From an uncultured Chloroflexia bacterium (GTDB lineage Bacteria; Chloroflexota; Dehalococcoidia; DSTF01; JALHUB01), in NCBI GenBank assembly GCA_963726245.1, contig CAVSBT010000003.1, positions 1 to 45,548 of the forward strand: a stretch of DNA of 45,548 nucleotides. The letters run 5' to 3'. A program made the position numbers and the translations under genes. How positions within the stretch are numbered: the first letter of the stretch is position 1; every line of letters starts with the position of its first letter. Shown here one piece after another: positions 40,645 to 45,548 of this stretch. The notes under the pieces are model-generated. The model ran no database searches. It was given only the letters and a program-made list of their open reading frames with translations, and had not been told where the DNA came from.

Positions 40645-40980
40645 TTGGTCGTCGACATCGACGAAGGGAATCTGAAGGCAGGACTGCTCGCCCTGGTGGT
40701 CAGCCTGGTCGAAGTGATCAAGGATGCTCTCAAGCTCCAGGCGTTCAAGCGCATGGAGGGCGGAAGCCTGACGGAGGAGGAGATCGACCGCCTGGGACGG
40801 GCACTCGCCGATCTCGATGTCGCCCTGGAGCAGATGAAAGCCGATCAGGGCATCGCCGAGGCCGTGCAGCAGGTGCGGGACGGCCTCGACGAGCTCGTCG
40901 ACGACGTGCTCGACAAGTTCCTCAACCCGCAGTCCTGGGTGGAAGAGGCCGAGCGGCCTGATCGCGCGGGGGTGCGCTGA
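40645..40980 (+). CDS. gvpK: Gas vesicle protein K
   Basis: GLLALVVSLVEVIKDALKLQAFKRMEGGSLTEEEIDRLGRAL, with aaggag RBS and TTG start. Confidence 0.9.
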   Translation: MVVDIDEGNLKAGLLALVVSLVEVIKDALKLQAFKRMEGGSLTEEEIDRLGRALADLDVALEQMKADQGIAEAVQQVRDGLDELVDDVLDKFLNPQSWVEEAERPDRAGVR

Positions 40981-40981
40981 C

Positions 40982-42052
40982 GTGGCGCTGCGGTTCCAAC
41001 CTGCCCTGGCCTCCGGTGAACGCCAGGTCCTGCACGAGCAGGGAGCGTACACCTCCGGCCGCACGTGGAAGCTGGGAGAGTTCTGCTTGACCGACAGGCG
41101 GTTGCTCTTCGGCCATATGCACAGGCAGTTCCTGGAGGTAGACCTGGGCCGCGTGGAAGACATGTGCCTGCGGAAGAAGGCCTTCATCCTGAGCAGCAAG
41201 CCCTGCGTTGTGCTCACCTATCGGGACGCCGGGCGCGACAAGCCACGAGAGGCTTGGATAGTGAACGGTCACATCGACAGGTGGCGGAGCGCCATCGCGG
41301 GCCTGCTGGCCGAGCGGGGGATCGAGCTCAGACATGAGCCGTCGGAGGCCGGTGAGGAGGTCAGCTCGGACGGGGAGGGCTCTGGATGGCCGCGCGACGA
41401 CCCGAGGGCCGCCGGGGGGGCTGTGCGGAGGGGACGGCGCGACGCGGATCGGAGGGAACGCCTCCAGACGGCGATGGCGAAGATCCGCGGCCAGGACCGG
41501 GCCTGCGCGCTTCAGCCGAGTGACATCGCCGAAGTCGCCCGCCTCGTGGACGGCGGCAGTGCCAGGATGCTCTGGCACCTCTGGAAGCACCGCCACTACA
41601 GGCTGGACGAGCTAAAGGAGATGCTGGGGGAGACATCGCACATGGCCGTCCTCGCCCGCATCAGGGGGGTGATCAACCCGGCGGCCGAGCGGCTCCTCGG
41701 CAGGCCCATCCTGGTCTTCGAGCGGTCGCGCACGGACCGCGAGACCGGCGAACGCGTGCTCCATAGCTGGTGGCTCAACGAAGAGCCAGCGATTGAGGCG
41801 ACCGGCAACGGCCACTTCGTCGACGTGTTCGATGAAGGCGATCACTTTCTCGTCATCCTGGAGCTGACGGGCGCCCGCGAGGAGGACATCCAGGTGGAAG
41901 CCAGGGACGGCCGGCTTTCGGTAGCCGTCAACACGGCGGAGAGCAGGTGCTACGAGGAGACTCCCCTACCGCCGGGCGCCGAGGCCGGCGCTCTGAGCAC
42001 AACCTATCGGAACGGTATCCTCCAGGTCAGGCTGGGCAAGGAGGCTGCGTGA
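40982..42052 (+). CDS. Multidomain protein: PH/GRAM-like, wHTH-like and Hsp20 domains
   Basis: GEFCLTDRRLLF; MLWHLWKHRHYRLDELKEMLG; VDVFDEGDHFLVILEL..YRNGILQVRL. Confidence 0.75.
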   Translation: MALRFQPALASGERQVLHEQGAYTSGRTWKLGEFCLTDRRLLFGHMHRQFLEVDLGRVEDMCLRKKAFILSSKPCVVLTYRDAGRDKPREAWIVNGHIDRWRSAIAGLLAERGIELRHEPSEAGEEVSSDGEGSGWPRDDPRAAGGAVRRGRRDADRRERLQTAMAKIRGQDRACALQPSDIAEVARLVDGGSARMLWHLWKHRHYRLDELKEMLGETSHMAVLARIRGVINPAAERLLGRPILVFERSRTDRETGERVLHSWWLNEEPAIEATGNGHFVDVFDEGDHFLVILELTGAREEDIQVEARDGRLSVAVNTAESRCYEETPLPPGAEAGALSTTYRNGILQVRLGKEAA

Positions 42053-42894
42053 TGGAAGCTGAAGACTTGGGCGCAAGCGGCGCCACCGCCAGGTACGTTT
42101 ATGCGGTCGTGCCGCGCACGGCCGGAGAGGAGCTGGGCGTGGCCGGCATCGCCGGCGTCCGCGTCTACATGATCGTGCATCGGGCCGTAGCCGCCGTCGT
42201 CCACAACTGCCCGCCCGAGCCGTATCAAGGCGAGCCTGAGACCGTGGCGGGCTGGGTGAAGGCTCACAACGAAGTCATCGACAAGGCCTGGACCAGGGCC
42301 GGCTCCGTCCTGCCGATGCGCTTTAACGTCATCGTCAAGGCGGACGGCGAACGCTCGGCGGAGGAGAACGTCCGCCGCTGGCTGGAGCTGGAGTACCTGA
42401 ACCTCCAGGCTAAGCTGGACGAATTCCGGAACAAGGTCGAACTGGGCGTCCAGGTCCTGTGGGACCCGGCGGTCATTGCTCTGCGGATCGTCGAGAGCAG
42501 CGAAGAGATCAAGGCGTTGCGCGCTGAAATGGCGGCCAAGTCTCGAGGCACGGCCTACTTCCTCGAGCACAAGATCGGCAACGCCGTCAAGCAGGAGATG
42601 GAACGCAAGGCCCAGCGGGACTTCGCCACCTGCTACGAACGCCTGAAGGAGCGCTCCGAGGGGACTCACGTCAACAAGGTGAGGAGGCAAGACGACAGAG
42701 CGATGATCGCCAACCTATCGCTGCTTGTTCGAAGGGAGAGAGTACAGGAGGTCGGGGCTGTCCTTCAGGAAGTGGGCGGCGAACAGGGGGTCGAGGTCCG
42801 CTTCACCGGGCCCTGGCCTCCCTACACGTTCGCTGCCACTGTGGGAGCGATCGGAGGGGAGCCGGAGTTCGCGGCGGGGGTAAATGACAGTTGA
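42052..42894 (+). CDS. gvpL: GvpL/GvpF-family protein
   Basis: YVYAVV, AHNEVI, VLPMRF, ELGVQV, NLSLLV, FTGPWPPYTF. Confidence 0.85.
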   Translation: MEAEDLGASGATARYVYAVVPRTAGEELGVAGIAGVRVYMIVHRAVAAVVHNCPPEPYQGEPETVAGWVKAHNEVIDKAWTRAGSVLPMRFNVIVKADGERSAEENVRRWLELEYLNLQAKLDEFRNKVELGVQVLWDPAVIALRIVESSEEIKALRAEMAAKSRGTAYFLEHKIGNAVKQEMERKAQRDFATCYERLKERSEGTHVNKVRRQDDRAMIANLSLLVRRERVQEVGAVLQEVGGEQGVEVRFTGPWPPYTFAATVGAIGGEPEFAAGVNDS

Positions 42895-43216
42895 GAGGAC
42901 GAGCGCCTCGAAGAGCCTGGCGGAGTCCGTGGACCGGCTCCTGGCGGGCGGCATCATTATCGTTGACCGCGAGACACTCCTGTCGGTCCTCGGCCTGGAG
43001 TTGCTGAGTCTAGAGGCGCAGGTAGTGACGCTCTCTGCCCAGAAATACCTCGAGTACGCCGAGGCGGTGGGCTTGATACCGCTGGAGGGCCCGCGCCATG
43101 TGACCCGATACGTGATGCGCCGTGAGGTGAGGGCGCGGGTGGCCGCGCGAGGGGGGCTCATCAGGTGGCTCGTCGGGCTCGTCACCGGGAAGCGGCGGGG
43201 GCATCGAGAGGACTAG
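42884..43216 (+). CDS. Divergent GvpA paralog with basic/amphipathic C-terminal extension
   Basis: TVER..SLAESVDRLLAGGIII..SVLGLELLSLEA..YLEYAEAVGL. Confidence 0.8.
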   Translation: MTVERTSASKSLAESVDRLLAGGIIIVDRETLLSVLGLELLSLEAQVVTLSAQKYLEYAEAVGLIPLEGPRHVTRYVMRREVRARVAARGGLIRWLVGLVTGKRRGHRED

Positions 43217-43230
43217 TCGCGAGGCGGGCT

Positions 43231-43533
43231 GTGCTCACTTCGAAGCAGATGCGCGTCCTGGACCGGGCGTTCGCCGAGCTTGGCAGGACAGACCTGGCCG
43301 AGCTCTTGGCACGTCTGCGGGCCGCTCGGGCCGCCGAGTTCCGGGAACACATCCGCGAGCTTGTAGCCGGGATGGCGGAATCGCGCGAGCTCCGCCGGGC
43401 GCGCATCAACGAGATTCGTACCGAGGTGCGGGAAGCCATAGAGGAGTGGCAGCGGCAGTCGCGTGCCCTCCAGCGGCTGAAGTGGGAGAGGGATGGACAA
43501 GGTAATCGGCATCGACCTCGGGACGACCAATAG
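43231..43533 (+). CDS. Small helical/coiled-coil protein
   Basis: Fills the gap between the gvpA paralog and dnaK with a charged amphipathic sequence. Overlaps dnaK by 41 nt. Confidence 0.5.
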   Translation: MLTSKQMRVLDRAFAELGRTDLAELLARLRAARAAEFREHIRELVAGMAESRELRRARINEIRTEVREAIEEWQRQSRALQRLKWERDGQGNRHRPRDDQ

Positions 43534-45436
43534 CTGCGTGGCCGTCCTCGAAGGCGGCGAGCCCGTCGTCATTCCCAACGCCCTCGGCGAACGGATCACC
43601 CCTTCCGTGGTGAGCGTGAACCCCGCCGGCCGCCTGCTCGTCGGCACGCCGGCCAAGCGCTCCGCGGTCATCGACGCCGAAAACACCGTGCTCAGCATCA
43701 AGCGCTTCATGGGGCGGAGGTTTCATGACGGCGCCGGGAAACGGGACGAGGCCGTCAGGGTCGGGACCACGATCTCCAGCATCAAGCGCTTCATGGGCGT
43801 CAAGACCTTCGAGCCGTCGGTGGAGGAGGACAGCAAGTACGTCTCCTACAAGGTCGACGAAGGGGAACGGTACGACGTCCGTGTCTGGCTCGGCGATCGG
43901 CCCTACAGTCCGCCCGAGATCTCGGCCATGATCCTGCGGCAGCTCAAGTCTGATGCCGAGGCGTACCTCGGCGAAGAGGTGAGGCAGGCGGTGATCACCG
44001 TGCCGGCCTACTTCAACGACGGCCAGCGCCAGGCCACAAAGGACGCCGGCGCCATCGCCGGCCTGGACGTGTTGCGCATCGTGAACGAGCCCACCGCTGC
44101 CGCCCTCGCCTACGGCCTCCACCACAAGGGCGACCAGCTAATAGCCGTTTTCGACCTCGGCGGCGGCACCTTCGACATCTCCGTCCTCGAGCTTTGTGAG
44201 GGCACCTTCGAGGTCAAGGCGGTGAACGGCGATACCCACCTCGGCGGGGACGACATCGACAGGCGTCTGATGGAGTGGCTGTGCCGGCGCTTCGAGGAGA
44301 GGGAAGGCATAGACCTGTCCAAGGACCGGATGGCGCTCCAGCGCCTCAGGGACGCCTGCGAGAAGGCCAAGATGCGCCTCTCGGCCGGCGAAGCGACGGA
44401 GATCAACCTGCCGTTCATCTCCCCCAACGGAGCGTCGCCCAAGCACCTGGTCGCCTCTCTCACCCGGTCCGAGCTGGAAAGCCTGGCCGCCGACGTGGCA
44501 GAGCGGGCAATCGTGCGCTGCGGGCAGGCGCTGGACGACGCCGGCATTGCGGCCGCCGACTTGGACCAGGTCGTGCTCGTCGGAGGCCAGACACGGATGC
44601 CGCTCGTGCGGGACTGCGTGCGTCGCTTCTTCCACAGAGAGCCGCACACCGATCTCAACCCGGAGGAGGTGGTGGCCGTCGGGGCGGCGGTGCAGGCGGG
44701 AGTGTTGACAGGAGAGGTAAAGGACGTCCTGCTGCTGGACGTGACCCCGCTCACGCTGAGCATCGAGACCCAGGGCGGCATCGCTACACCCCTTATCCGG
44801 CGAAACAGCACCATCCCCACCAGCGCCGGCCAGGTCTTCACGACCGCTGAGGACGACCAGCCCAACGTGGAGATCAACGTTGTCCAGGGCGAACGCGCCA
44901 TGGCCGTCGAGAACCGGTCGCTGGGGCGCTTCTGCCTCGAAGACATACCGCCTGCCCCACGCGGCGTCCCCCAGATCGAGGTGACTTTCTCCATAGACGC
45001 CGATGGCATCGTCCAGGCGCGGGCCCGCGACGCGGCCACCGGCAAGGAGCAGGGCATCACAGTGGCAGCCGACGGCGGACTGCCGGCCGAAGAGATCGAG
45101 CGGCTCAAGGCAGAGGCCGAGCAGCTCTCGCGCCTCGACGCCGGGCGGCGCCAGGAAATCGGCGCCCGCAACGAGGCCGACACGGCGCTCCACCTGGCTG
45201 AACGGGCCATCGGCCTTCGAGGGCAAGAGCCCGCCCCTGAGGTCGCCGCTATAGTCCAATCCAGGGTTGCGCGACTAAGGGCGGCGCTCCGGGGCCAGAG
45301 CGTCATGCGCATCCAAATCGCCACCCAGGAGTTGAAGGCGGCCCTTCCCGCAGCGCTTCTCGATGAGGCAGGGCGGCCGGAAGACGCCGAAGCCGGAGTG
45401 GCTCTCGGCCTCTGTTCGGAACCTCTCGAGCGCTAA
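43493..45436 (+). CDS. dnaK: Hsp70/DnaK paralog with internal duplication
   Basis: GIDLGTTNS, TVPAYFND, DLGGGTFD, HLGGDD, DVLLLDVTPL linker and substrate-binding domain. Confidence 0.93.
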   Translation: MDKVIGIDLGTTNSCVAVLEGGEPVVIPNALGERITPSVVSVNPAGRLLVGTPAKRSAVIDAENTVLSIKRFMGRRFHDGAGKRDEAVRVGTTISSIKRFMGVKTFEPSVEEDSKYVSYKVDEGERYDVRVWLGDRPYSPPEISAMILRQLKSDAEAYLGEEVRQAVITVPAYFNDGQRQATKDAGAIAGLDVLRIVNEPTAAALAYGLHHKGDQLIAVFDLGGGTFDISVLELCEGTFEVKAVNGDTHLGGDDIDRRLMEWLCRRFEEREGIDLSKDRMALQRLRDACEKAKMRLSAGEATEINLPFISPNGASPKHLVASLTRSELESLAADVAERAIVRCGQALDDAGIAAADLDQVVLVGGQTRMPLVRDCVRRFFHREPHTDLNPEEVVAVGAAVQAGVLTGEVKDVLLLDVTPLTLSIETQGGIATPLIRRNSTIPTSAGQVFTTAEDDQPNVEINVVQGERAMAVENRSLGRFCLEDIPPAPRGVPQIEVTFSIDADGIVQARARDAATGKEQGITVAADGGLPAEEIERLKAEAEQLSRLDAGRRQEIGARNEADTALHLAERAIGLRGQEPAPEVAAIVQSRVARLRAALRGQSVMRIQIATQELKAALPAALLDEAGRPEDAEAGVALGLCSEPLER

Positions 45437-45548
45437 CCCAAGCTAGTGTGGTGAATCGGAGACCCCGTCAGGGCCCCTCGGAGGGCTCTGCGGCCAGAGC
45501 CGGCGCCGGCGCTTCCGCCGTCTTAGTCCCTACGTGGGCGCTTTCGCG

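Overview
High-GC bacterial window, most likely Chloroflexota (Dehalococcoidia-like). This is an inference from the left-hand gene set, not a database result. Four blocks are present. (1) 119-5975: housekeeping run of folE, GNAT, mshA-like GT4, PIG-L deacetylase, amidohydrolase, thpR and a SWIM protein. (2) 6160-21030: complete E. coli-style NADH:quinone oxidoreductase operon (nuoA-N, fused NuoCD) on the minus strand. (3) 21465-27690: NHEJ locus with ligD (PE-LIG-POL), ku, a second ligase with degenerate catalytic motifs, and DUF72. (4) 29017-45436: a large gas-vesicle locus interleaved with its own chaperone set, namely CDC48/p97-type AAA+, three Hsp20-type domains, a J-domain fused to GvpL/F, a stand-alone six-motif DnaJ-type zinc finger and a variant DnaK. 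The gas-vesicle block also encodes a His-rich 25-aa-repeat GvpC-like protein with a winged-HTH tail and GvpA-family proteins fused to Zn-ribbon or PH/GRAM-like domains, and it is the best candidate for an undescribed system. Several REP/REPIN-like palindrome families occur, including copies inside coding sequences. About 18 small frameshifts in conserved genes look like long-read assembly errors.
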